The notes: generated by a model not told the origin, from the letters alone. A stretch of 64,000 bases of DNA from Calditrichales bacterium (GCA_965267575.1 OZ254086.1:1056001-1120000); one strand, 5' to 3'; shown: positions 32,519 to 41,298, numbered from the stretch's first letter. Numbers and translations: made by a program.

Positions 32519-33596
32519 CCCCGCTTTTGCCGTTGGTGGGCAGGGTGATCACAAAATGCGCCCCTTCCGTGCTGTCATTCAGAATAATATCGCCACCGTG
32601 TTCGCGCACCACCTGGCGCGTAATGGCCAGCCCCAGCCCCGTGCCCATGTCCTTGCTGGTAAAAAAGGGCTGGAAAACTTTGTCGCGAAAATTTTTGGGT
32701 ATGCCTTTTCCACTGTCACGCACGTGGATATAAGCGTAGGGTGGGTGGTGTTCCAGTTTGACGTCAATGCGTCCTCCATCTGGTAAAGCTTCGATGCCAT
32801 TGCGCAGCAGGTTGAGCATAACGCGGTGCATCTGACTGTGATCAAAGCTGGCGGAAATTTTGCTTTCCGGCTTTTCCAGGTGAATTCGCACTTCGTGGTT
32901 TTCGGCTTCGTGGATCATAAAATGACAAACCTCGTGTAACAGGCTGCCAAGGTCATTAGCCTCCCTGCGTGATCGGGGCAGGCGCGAAAATTGAAGATAT
33001 TCGTTGGTCAGTTCGGCCAGCCGGTCCACCTCACGGATGATGGAGCGCAGCAGGGAAACGGCCTCGGCATGATCCATTTTTCGCGGATCGCTCAATTCAT
33101 CTTCAAGCAGTTCGGCATTCAGGCTGATGGAGGAAAGCGGATTGCGCACTTCGTGGGCTACTTTAGAAGCCATTTGGCCGATGGTCGCCAAACGTTCGGA
33201 ATGCGCCATTTGCTCCTGCTTTTTGAGCTTTTCCGTCAGGTCAATTTCGATGCCCATGTAGCCAATGCGTTCCCTCTCATGTACAATCGGCGTAATAGAT
33301 AACAGCACGGGTACCAGGTTGCCGTCTTTGCGCTTGTTGATGATCTCACCCTGCCAGTGTCCTTCTTTTTCTATGGATTCCCACATCTTTTTATAGAAAA
33401 GGTCGCTGGTGGCATCGGAGCGCAGAACGTTGGTCGTTTTCCCGATAAGCTCATCACGCTGCCAGCCAAAAATTTCCACGAAGGCGTCATTCACATCGGT
33501 GATGAGACCACGCAGGTCGGTTAGGATGATAGCGTCCGTGGAATGCTTGAAGGCACTGTAAACAAGGTGTTTTTTATCTTCTGACATATTTCTCAT
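32505..33596 (-). CDS. cytoplasmic PAS-domain histidine kinase
   Basis: PAS/PAC domain (VNDAF...WQGEIINKRKDG), AHEVRNPL, NLLRNG, DSGKGI and GTGLGL; no TM segment; overlaps the regulator gene. Confidence 0.95.
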   Translation of the reverse strand: MRNMSEDKKHLVYSAFKHSTDAIILTDLRGLITDVNDAFVEIFGWQRDELIGKTTNVLRSDATSDLFYKKMWESIEKEGHWQGEIINKRKDGNLVPVLLSITPIVHERERIGYMGIEIDLTEKLKKQEQMAHSERLATIGQMASKVAHEVRNPLSSISLNAELLEDELSDPRKMDHAEAVSLLRSIIREVDRLAELTNEYLQFSRLPRSRREANDLGSLLHEVCHFMIHEAENHEVRIHLEKPESKISASFDHSQMHRVMLNLLRNGIEALPDGGRIDVKLEHHPPYAYIHVRDSGKGIPKNFRDKVFQPFFTSKDMGTGLGLAITRQVVREHGGDIILNDSTEGAHFVITLPTNGKSGDENA

Positions 33597-33665
33597 GATC
33601 TAAAACAAAGATTGTGATATTACTAAATAGATAATGTTAAAACAAAACTTCCGACGCATCTCTTC

Positions 33666-34364
33666 CTATCCGTAAACAATCCCGGGAAAAAGAAAATTTA
33701 TAAAAAGTGTGTGCACGGGATCGAACACCCAATCGAAAACATACCAGGCAATAAAGATGCTGATAAACGGTGATGCCGGGTTGGAAATATAATCGAAAAT
33801 CTCATCGATATAAGAGCGGCTGAGAAAGAGGAAAAGCACATAACTGCCGTCAAAGCCGGGCATGGGCAGAAGATTGAACAGGAACAGGATCAGGTTTAGC
33901 GAAAACAGGATGCTTAAAAAGGACGTGGCGAAAGCCAGTTCCGGGGAAGCCGGATCGGCGATATGCGAAAAACCGATACTGTCCGGAGCATAAAACCAGC
34001 CGGCATAAAACCCGATGCGGATAATGACAATCGCCAAAATAACCAGCAGCAGGTTGGAGAGCGGTCCGGCCAGCGCCACCAGCGCGCTTTTGCGTGGATT
34101 GCTTCGTGCCCAGTTCACATTGTAGGGTGCAGAGGCCCAGCCGATCATCCAGCCCATCAGGAAATAGGCGGCAATGGGTACTACAACCGTTCCCACGGGT
34201 TCACGCTTTATGTGTGGAAGCGGGTTCAGCGTAACCTGTCCTCCGGCATATGCCGTGCTGTCGCCAAGACGCAATCCGCTCCAGGCGTGGGCCGCTTCGT
34301 GCAATACAATCGAAAAAATAAAAACGATATACCATATCACGGCCATGTGTAAATCGATTGACAT
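33666..34364 (-). CDS. site-2 protease (M50 family)
   Basis: Start MSIDLH; HEAAH, VALAGPLSN and FNLLPMPGFDG motifs. Confidence 0.92.
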   Translation of the reverse strand: MSIDLHMAVIWYIVFIFSIVLHEAAHAWSGLRLGDSTAYAGGQVTLNPLPHIKREPVGTVVVPIAAYFLMGWMIGWASAPYNVNWARSNPRKSALVALAGPLSNLLLVILAIVIIRIGFYAGWFYAPDSIGFSHIADPASPELAFATSFLSILFSLNLILFLFNLLPMPGFDGSYVLFLFLSRSYIDEIFDYISNPASPFISIFIAWYVFDWVFDPVHTLFINFLFPGIVYG

Positions 34365-34458
34365 GTTCAATCTCCGGATTTTAGGAAGGCTTAATTTCTG
34401 AAAATGTGCAAACAGAATCAAAGCACCGCAGGATTTATTAATCGGGAAGGGCGATGAC

Positions 34459-34491
34459 AAAAAAAAGCCGGGACACATTCTGCGCCCCGGC
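34459..34491 (-). terminator. intrinsic terminator after gdhA
   Basis: Minus strand GCCGGG...CCCGGC followed by T8. Confidence 0.8.
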
Positions 34492-34519
34492 CTTGATAAA
34501 ATACTCGTCAGTTAAGATA

Positions 34520-35935
34520 TCACGGGAAAATACCCAGCTGCTCGTAGGATTTAGCCACCTTTTCCAGGGAACAAATAAACGCCGCAATGCGCATATCGAT
34601 GTTCTCTTTGGCGTGCTTGCGCTTAATTTCGTCAATCTGCAGGTAGGCATTTACCATCGTTTCTTCCAGGCCGGAAAAAACAAGCTCCTTTTCATCCGCC
34701 CCGACGGCGATTTCGCTGAAAACTTTCTGGTCCAGTTTTTTGCCGGTAAGCTTTTCCATAGCCTGCAGAATCTTCTTGTTACTATCCTCTTCAAAACGAC
34801 GGCTCATGCGGCCAAAACGCACGTGGGACAAATTTTTCAGCCATTCAAAATAAGAGACTGTCACACCGCCGGCATTTAAGTAAAGGTCGGGGATCACCAG
34901 CACGTTCTTCTCAGCCAGGTAGTTACTGGCATCGGCCGTTATGGGACCGTTCGCTGCCTCGCCGATAATCTTTGCTTTTATATTTTTCACATTGTCCATG
35001 GTAATCTGGTTTTCCAGCGCCGCCGGTATCAGGATATCACATTCCATCTCCAGGGCGTTTTTGGAAGGCTCTATATTCCTGGCTCCGGGAAAATTCAATA
35101 TTGATTCATTTTCCCTGCGGTGCTCCATCACCTCATCCACATCCAGGCCCTTCTCGCTATAGATGGCCCCTTCGTATTCAGCCAGGCAAACGATTTTAGC
35201 GCCACCTTCCTGGCAATATTTTGCGGCATGATAGCCCACGTTCCCGAGGCCCTGCACGATAACACGCTTGCCTTCCATGCCGGGCTTAAGGCCCAATTTT
35301 TTCATTTCGTCTTTTTGATTGCATGCCTCGCGGATGCCGAAAAATACCCCCTTACCGGTTGCTTCGGTGCGGCCGCGCACACCGCCCTGAGACAACGGTT
35401 TGGCCGTCACGCAAGCCAGGGCGTCCAGCGAATCATTGGTCAGCGACATATAGGTGTCGGCGATCCAGGCCATCTCGCGGGAGCTTGTACCGAAGTCAGG
35501 CGCCGGCACATCCACGCCCGGTCCGATGAAGTTTTTTTTGACCAGCTCAAAGGTGAACCGGCGCGTCAGGCGTTCCAGCTCGGCGTCTGAGTATTTCCAT
35601 TTTTGAATTTTTACGCCCCCTTTGGCTCCGCCGAAAGGTACATCGACAATCGCGCACTTATAGGTCATCAGCGAGGAGAGCGCCTTCACTTCGTCTTCGG
35701 TAACATTACCGGCGTAGCGGATACCTCCTTTGCCGGGCAGCTTGTGGTGCGAATGTTCCGCACGCCAGGCTTCTACCACTTCAATGCTGCCGTCATCTTT
35801 TTTAAGGGGAAAAGAAAAGTGGCAAACCGTATTAACCATCTTGATCTGCTTAAGAAGACCGGCGGGATACTTTGTGAAGCTGCTGGCCCTATCAAACGAT
35901 TTGTTTACTTCCTTAAAAAAACTGATCTTAGACAT
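34520..35935 (-). CDS. gdhA: Glu/Leu/Phe/Val dehydrogenase, probably glutamate dehydrogenase
   Basis: [33 protein letters not shown] and [12 protein letters not shown] motifs. Confidence 0.93.
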   Translation of the reverse strand: MSKISFFKEVNKSFDRASSFTKYPAGLLKQIKMVNTVCHFSFPLKKDDGSIEVVEAWRAEHSHHKLPGKGGIRYAGNVTEDEVKALSSLMTYKCAIVDVPFGGAKGGVKIQKWKYSDAELERLTRRFTFELVKKNFIGPGVDVPAPDFGTSSREMAWIADTYMSLTNDSLDALACVTAKPLSQGGVRGRTEATGKGVFFGIREACNQKDEMKKLGLKPGMEGKRVIVQGLGNVGYHAAKYCQEGGAKIVCLAEYEGAIYSEKGLDVDEVMEHRRENESILNFPGARNIEPSKNALEMECDILIPAALENQITMDNVKNIKAKIIGEAANGPITADASNYLAEKNVLVIPDLYLNAGGVTVSYFEWLKNLSHVRFGRMSRRFEEDSNKKILQAMEKLTGKKLDQKVFSEIAVGADEKELVFSGLEETMVNAYLQIDEIKRKHAKENIDMRIAAFICSLEKVAKSYEQLGIFP

Positions 35936-36063
35936 AATCGGGGACCTTTCTGTTGGTGGGACGATCTAATTCGAAAATAATCAGGCGACGTGCCACAAAA
36001 AATGCGTTTTTTTACACTCAATTGCAAAATCGAAATCAAAAAGCGTTCAGGTGAAAACAGAAA

Positions 36064-36390
36064 ATGGTGTTTAAGCGCGATTGGATGAAAGCGGTATGGG
36101 CCATCGCCGGAATGATTCCGCCGGGCAAGGTGATGACCTATGGCTCGATATCGGCTTTGCTGCCCGGTGTTACGGCGCGTATGGTGGGCGCGGCCATGGC
36201 TGCCTGTCCGGAGGATGGGGACATTCCCTGGTGGCGGGTAATCAACAGCCAGGGCAAGATCAGCCCAAGGCCGTCCGGACACCAGCACCTGCAGCGCAAC
36301 CTGCTGGAGGAAGAAGGATTGATCTTTTCTGCCGGAGGCCGGGTTGGCCTGCAGCGCTACCTGTTCAGGCCGCCAGACACACCAGCGTAA
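36064..36390 (+). CDS. alkyltransferase-like (ATL/MGMT family) protein
   Basis: IPPGKVMTYG, ARMVG and PWWRV (Trp in place of the catalytic Cys). Confidence 0.88.
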   Translation: MVFKRDWMKAVWAIAGMIPPGKVMTYGSISALLPGVTARMVGAAMAACPEDGDIPWWRVINSQGKISPRPSGHQHLQRNLLEEEGLIFSAGGRVGLQRYLFRPPDTPA

Positions 36391-37270
36391 AGACTATATA
36401 TTCAATAAAGAAAAGCTTCCAGACAAACTGGTAAAAGGCCGTCATTTCTTTAGGATTTTCGGCTTGCAAACTTTTGCCGCGCAGCCAGAACCACAGTGCC
36501 AGCAGCAGATGGGCGATCGCCATGCTCCAGGGTTCCACGCCCGGCAGACCCGCCACCGCAAAAACCGCCAATAAAAGATATCCGCCGATTATAATCGTTT
36601 TGCCCCAGCTGAAAACCCGCTCCGCGCCAACCCGCAACGACAACGATCCGATTGAAAAGCGCTTGTCTCCGCGCATATCCGGGATATCCTTGAACCAGGC
36701 GATAACAACGCTTTGGCCAAACATAAAAACGGTCAGCAAAATAATTTTTAAAGGCAGGCCCTGCGTTGTTCCGTAGATGTGCTGGAAATGCAAAAACAGA
36801 AAAATGTTGACCAGCAGGCCGCGCACAGCAAGGATGCAAAAGGCTGCCCAAAAATGGAATCGTTTTAGGCGCACCGGAGGCAGCGAGTAAAGCGTGCCCA
36901 GAAGCAGGCTGCCAAACACCGTAATCATCAACCAGGCGCTTTGCAGCAGTGCCGTAATGATGGAAACGGCCAGCGCGCTGAAAATGATGATCCAGCCGCC
37001 GCGAATGGTGATGGCACCCGAAGCCAGCGGCAACCCGGGTTTGTTTATTTTATCGATTTCCACATCCGAAAGCTGGTTTAGGCCAACGATATAAATGTTT
37101 GCCCCCCAGCAGGAAACCAACGCCAGCAATAGCCCGCTAATGGCTTGCAGCGGATTTGCTGTAAACTGCGTATGGTCCCAGGCAATCACAGCCAGCGCGC
37201 TGACGCTGAGCGTGGTGCCAATAATCGTATGGGGGCGCGAAAAGGCCCACAGGTGACGCAGAAAGGTCAT
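36365..37270 (-). CDS. homogentisate phytyl/prenyltransferase (HPT/VTE2, UbiA superfamily)
   Basis: Start MTFLRHLWAFSRPHTIIGT; NIYIVGLNQLSDVEIDKINKPGLPLASG, YSLPPVRLKRF, KDIPDMRGD and FYQFVWKLFFIEY match the HPT motifs recalled from plants and cyanobacteria. Confidence 0.93.
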   Translation of the reverse strand: MTFLRHLWAFSRPHTIIGTTLSVSALAVIAWDHTQFTANPLQAISGLLLALVSCWGANIYIVGLNQLSDVEIDKINKPGLPLASGAITIRGGWIIIFSALAVSIITALLQSAWLMITVFGSLLLGTLYSLPPVRLKRFHFWAAFCILAVRGLLVNIFLFLHFQHIYGTTQGLPLKIILLTVFMFGQSVVIAWFKDIPDMRGDKRFSIGSLSLRVGAERVFSWGKTIIIGGYLLLAVFAVAGLPGVEPWSMAIAHLLLALWFWLRGKSLQAENPKEMTAFYQFVWKLFFIEYIVFTLVCLAA

Positions 37271-38106
37271 GGTTTTTGCCCGCTTAGTACGACAAATCGA
37301 ATCAATCCCTGCTTGTAGCCTTTTATCATGCGTCGCACTGTAAGCGCGGCGAACAGCGCTTCCCTGCCGGCGGCAAGCGTGGCAACGATGCTTTTGGGCT
37401 TGAGGATAATACGCCATAACTGCTTCCAGAAAGGGGCTACGAACTCTGTCCAGTCGGCGTGTTTCAGATTAACAAAACCGGCCCTTTCGGCAGCGGCGGC
37501 CAGCATGCTTCCGCTGACCCATCGTGGCAGGTGGAAATGACGGTTGATTTTCTCAAGCAGCTTTTTTTCATCGCCGCTCAGCGTATCGCTGGTTTCTTTA
37601 TGGCACCAGGTGGCGCAGGCAAAGTGTCCGCCGGGCTGAAGCAGGTTGAAAAAAGTGCTGAACAGCGCGTCCTTATCGGGAGCATGCTCTGCGCTTTCCA
37701 TGGACCAGATAAAATCGAAACTGTTGTCTGGAAGCGGTGGCCGGGTCATGTCGGCCCGGAGAAATCGGCATGACTTTTCTACCTTGTTCTGTCGCGCCAG
37801 CTGTCCGGCGCGCCGGGCCTGCCGGGGGCTGAGTGTTAACCCAATGGTTCGCACCGACGGCCATTTTTCTTTGAGATAAAAGCTGCTGCCGCCGATACCA
37901 CATCCGGCATCAAGAATATGCTTCGGGCTGTTTTCGATTCCGGCAAAGGTCAGCAACTCTTCGATCATGCGCACCTGTGCGAGGATGGGATCTTTGTGCT
38001 GCCCGTTATAATAACCGTGATGCATATGTATGCCCCACTGGCTCTCCCACAAGGCCGAGGAACGATCGTAAAAGCGGGCGATATTACTGTTTAGCGAAGA
38101 AGCCAT
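37267..38106 (-). CDS. gamma-tocopherol methyltransferase-like (VTE4/Slr0089 type)
   Basis: IARFYDRSSALWESQWGIHMHHGYY, AQVRMIEELL, ILDAGCGIGGSS, FDFIWSMESAEH, ATWCH and DWTEFVAPFW motifs. Confidence 0.9.
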   Translation of the reverse strand: MASSLNSNIARFYDRSSALWESQWGIHMHHGYYNGQHKDPILAQVRMIEELLTFAGIENSPKHILDAGCGIGGSSFYLKEKWPSVRTIGLTLSPRQARRAGQLARQNKVEKSCRFLRADMTRPPLPDNSFDFIWSMESAEHAPDKDALFSTFFNLLQPGGHFACATWCHKETSDTLSGDEKKLLEKINRHFHLPRWVSGSMLAAAAERAGFVNLKHADWTEFVAPFWKQLWRIILKPKSIVATLAAGREALFAALTVRRMIKGYKQGLIRFVVLSGQKP

Positions 38107-38972
38107 AGACCTGCCGAGATGAGCAAGATGATCAGTGCGGAGAGAAATACGATCTGCTTGCGGTTGAACAGCTTAACACCGCGCAGTTCGGGACGCGTGA
38201 AACGCGCCCACACAGAGTAAACTACTGCTGCCGGTATAAACAATCCACCAAAAAGCGAACCAATAAAGAAGCGCAACCAGCCGGAAACACCCAGCTTGCT
38301 TGGCATCTCAGCAGGCGCTTTGGGGACAGTGGTTGATGCCGGTTTTCGGCCGCTAAGGGCAATGCCATATTTCTCATGGCGTATCCAGGGCGGGGCCACA
38401 TATTTTTTCTCGATGGATTCAAAGCCGGCCTCGCGGAACCACTGCTCGTACTCGTCTTCGGCGGGGAACAGCATCCAGACGCGGGCCACAAAACGGGCCA
38501 GCTTTTGGCGCGGCTCCAGCGGACCTATCATCAGCGCGGTGCCACCGGGTTTTACTACGCGCAGGGATTCACGGATGCCACGGGCCGGGTCGGGCCAGTA
38601 TTCGATGCTGCCCGCGGAAACGTAGCAATCAAAGGTGTTATCGGGGAAGGGCAGGTTTTCAGCATCACCGCGGGTGAAAGCCACGTTTTTCAGTTGCGGC
38701 TTTTTGATTGCTTTAGACATCTGGTGCGGGCTCTGGTCCATCCCGAAAACGCGTGCCGCCGGCAGCTTTTCGACGACGCCGCCGGTGGTAAAACCGGTGC
38801 CACAGCCCACATCAACAATCCGGGCCTCATCGGCATTCGGCGGATTAAGCAGGCTCAGGGCCTGGCTACGCATCTCCTCCGTCCAGAAAAAGGGATTGAC
38901 GTAATTATCATAAAAGCGCGAAAGGAAGCTGTAAAACCAAAAGGCCGCTTTTTTGTTTTGCACGTATCGCAT
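38091..38972 (-). CDS. MPBQ/MSBQ methyltransferase, plant VTE3/APG1 type
   Basis: QNKKAAFWFYSFLS..YD..VNP..WTEEMR, DVGCGTGFTT, DQSPHQ, YVSAGSIEYWPDP.RGIRE, VWMLFP and a C-terminal hydrophobic anchor, all colinear with plant VTE3 as recalled. Confidence 0.9.
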   Translation of the reverse strand: MRYVQNKKAAFWFYSFLSRFYDNYVNPFFWTEEMRSQALSLLNPPNADEARIVDVGCGTGFTTGGVVEKLPAARVFGMDQSPHQMSKAIKKPQLKNVAFTRGDAENLPFPDNTFDCYVSAGSIEYWPDPARGIRESLRVVKPGGTALMIGPLEPRQKLARFVARVWMLFPAEDEYEQWFREAGFESIEKKYVAPPWIRHEKYGIALSGRKPASTTVPKAPAEMPSKLGVSGWLRFFIGSLFGGLFIPAAVVYSVWARFTRPELRGVKLFNRKQIVFLSALIILLISAGLWLLR

Positions 38973-39026
38973 GGGGGTCTACCTGCCAGTTTAAGAATGA
39001 TTGATCAGCTTAACGCATGCTTTAGG

Positions 39027-39160
39027 AACCCATCCCCAAATCCCTTCCCTAAATTTTAGGGAAGGGACTTTTTCCGGTTGTCGTTATTCTGGTATTTATC
39101 AACAAAACGCCGTTTTTCTCCCCTTCCATTGGAACAAGGGAAGGGGCCGGGGGATGGGTT
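39027..39160. repeat. REPIN/MITE-like element with terminal inverted repeats
   Basis: AACCCATCCCC...GGGGATGGGTT ends, each arm with an internal CCCTTCC...GGAAGGG hairpin; lies inside the tocopherol cluster. Confidence 0.75.
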
Positions 39161-39169
39161 CAATATTTC

Positions 39170-40153
39170 TCAAATCACTTCCAAACCTTTATAATCCCCA
39201 ACGATCTCCGCGCCGCCGTGGCTGCTTTTATCTTTGAGTACGAGCCGGTCGTTTTTCCACAGGTGGATGGAAATATATCCATTAAGACACTCATCAATCT
39301 CCCGCAACATGCCTTTTTCCGTGGGTGCTTTCAGGATCGCGCTCTTGCCCGTTTCGGCGCGGAGCTGTAAACGATAGTGCTCGTTGATCAATTCCATCTC
39401 GATGACAGGCGGGTTCGTCACAAGCCGTTGGATGCGCGATTTGTTGTAGGTGGTGAATTGGATCAGCCCGTCGTCGGGTGTAAGCAGTCCGGCAATAAAG
39501 CCGTTAAAGTCGCCGCGTATCCAGGGCACATGGGCCACGGAGACAAACAGGCTAAGCGGCTGCACGCTGAAGTGATTGGCCTGCAGCCAGATCCAGTTGC
39601 GCGGGAAGGCTTTGCCCCAGTCTTTCTCGATGTAGCCGCGGCCTTTTTCAAAGTTCAGGGTTTTGCCGTTTTCAACCAGTTCGCCGTCCACAACATGATC
39701 CATGCTGACCACACCGTGATAGCACTGCATAAAGGGCATCCAGGCATACCAGCCCATGCAGCCGGGTGAACGCACACTGGACGGCCAGCGCTTGTTGCCG
39801 GAAAAGGTAAGCGAACCGTTCATGCTCCAGTCATCATCCTGCAGGTCCAGGTAGATAAAACCTTCAGTGAAACGATTGGGTCCGATGCTGATATCCAGCG
39901 ACGTGCCGTAGGAGCGGAAGTCGCCCGCGTCAAAGCGGATATAGCGGCTTTTGTTTTTTGCACCATCCAGGATTTGGATAAACGCTTCGCTGTACTCTTC
40001 GGCTGGACTTTTATAAATACCGGGGATTATAGCCAGGCTGTGACCGTTTTGGGCATCGACGCATTTGTAATACCAACCTTCAAAAAAGGGGCCGCTCTCC
40101 TTTTTACCGTGGTAGCCTGCGGGCTTAAGGATACCTTTTATGTGTTGCAGCAT
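39170..40153 (-). CDS. tocopherol cyclase family protein (VTE1-like)
   Basis: GYHG...FFEGWYYK, GRGYIEKDWGKAFPRNWIWLQAN and a C-terminal GGAEIVG. Confidence 0.88.
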   Translation of the reverse strand: MLQHIKGILKPAGYHGKKESGPFFEGWYYKCVDAQNGHSLAIIPGIYKSPAEEYSEAFIQILDGAKNKSRYIRFDAGDFRSYGTSLDISIGPNRFTEGFIYLDLQDDDWSMNGSLTFSGNKRWPSSVRSPGCMGWYAWMPFMQCYHGVVSMDHVVDGELVENGKTLNFEKGRGYIEKDWGKAFPRNWIWLQANHFSVQPLSLFVSVAHVPWIRGDFNGFIAGLLTPDDGLIQFTTYNKSRIQRLVTNPPVIEMELINEHYRLQLRAETGKSAILKAPTEKGMLREIDECLNGYISIHLWKNDRLVLKDKSSHGGAEIVGDYKGLEVI

Positions 40154-40183
40154 GGATGAAATATAGGGAAAAAATTCCGCAAT

Positions 40184-40636
40184 TTAGCCTGCGGGAATCT
40201 TGTTTACCAAAACCTTTTCTTTTGATATTTGAATATTAAACCGGTGGCCTTGTATCTCGAAATCGAACGAATGATCTTTCTGCCACTTAATGAATTTAAG
40301 TCCCGATAACTCTCCTTCAAGTGAAAACTCTTTTGCAAACTGCATCATGTCAAACTGCTTGATATATTCAATTTTTTTGCAGCATCCCTCTTGCCCATAA
40401 GTAACTTTCTCAAAATACATCGAGTCATAGATTTCGGAAGTAGTTACAATAACTCTAAATGCAAATGATGTAACTTCCTCCTTTGTTTGCATTTTGAGCC
40501 AAATAGGCTCGCTTTCGCTAAGAAATGTTATCCATGGATAAATATCAGGTTGTGAAACGTCTTTAGTGTCTATCCATATCGATTGAGAATAGCAATTTAT
40601 TGTTAATATAGTGATAAATAGAAAAATTCTTTTCAT
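40184..40636 (-). CDS. hypothetical secreted protein, AT-rich
   Basis: 150-aa ORF with a signal peptide (MKRIFLFITILTINCYSQ); family not recognised. Confidence 0.6.
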   Translation of the reverse strand: MKRIFLFITILTINCYSQSIWIDTKDVSQPDIYPWITFLSESEPIWLKMQTKEEVTSFAFRVIVTTSEIYDSMYFEKVTYGQEGCCKKIEYIKQFDMMQFAKEFSLEGELSGLKFIKWQKDHSFDFEIQGHRFNIQISKEKVLVNKIPAG

Positions 40637-40788
40637 AATATTTAGTGAGAATAAGGTTAATATTTAGCCACACATTTAAACCATTGCTAAGTAGAAAATT
40701 CATTTAACACGCCTTGCTGAGGCTTACGTGATTTACTATTTAATCCACTTTTTAGCTAAATAAAATTTAGTGGCAAAAAAAGCAAACG

Positions 40789-41271
40789 TTATTTTACTTT
40801 TAGCTCCACTTTATAAAGAGGCAAAAAGCGACCCTTGATACTTTCCGATTCCCTTTCACCCGCGGGAGTTGCGCCCATGGCAATGTAAAACGGTCCCGCA
40901 TAGGGATCGGATTGAATCAGCATTGTTTTCGCCTCCATGTGCCGGGCCAGAGTTACGGCGTGGTCAAACAACATCCTGCCAATGCCCTTTCCAAAATGGG
41001 CGGGCTCTACAAATAACGCCTCCAGTTCCACGGTGCTGCTGTCAACCCGCTTCAGCGCGTAAAAGCCCACAATATCTGACGACCCCTCTTCCGCAAGATG
41101 GTAAGAAAAGGCCATGTTTTTAAGCTTTGCTTCGGTCACTTCCAGCTCGGCGCGGCAACGCTCCATAAAATCATCCGGATAGCCCCAGGATGCTTTTGAG
41201 CGCATAGCCAGGCCAGAGATTGTGGCCAGGTCACTCGGCTTAACCTGCCTTATAAAGATATTGCTCTTCAT
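40789..41271 (-). CDS. GNAT acetyltransferase
   Basis: LFVEPAHFGKGIGRML and SDPYAGPFY motifs. Confidence 0.9.
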   Translation of the reverse strand: MKSNIFIRQVKPSDLATISGLAMRSKASWGYPDDFMERCRAELEVTEAKLKNMAFSYHLAEEGSSDIVGFYALKRVDSSTVELEALFVEPAHFGKGIGRMLFDHAVTLARHMEAKTMLIQSDPYAGPFYIAMGATPAGERESESIKGRFLPLYKVELKVK

Positions 41272-41298
41272 ATTTGGATTTGCTGCTCTTACAATAAT

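Noticed and set aside
37271-37417. N-terminal extensions in the ORF track (HPT; likewise pncA, DinB, DUF1304, M50 protease)
   Set aside because: They overlap neighbouring genes or terminators; downstream starts fit family N-termini and RBS positions better.
40154-41298. Integron cassette array
   Set aside because: The small co-oriented genes are suggestive, but I found no convincing attC core pairs and no integrase.
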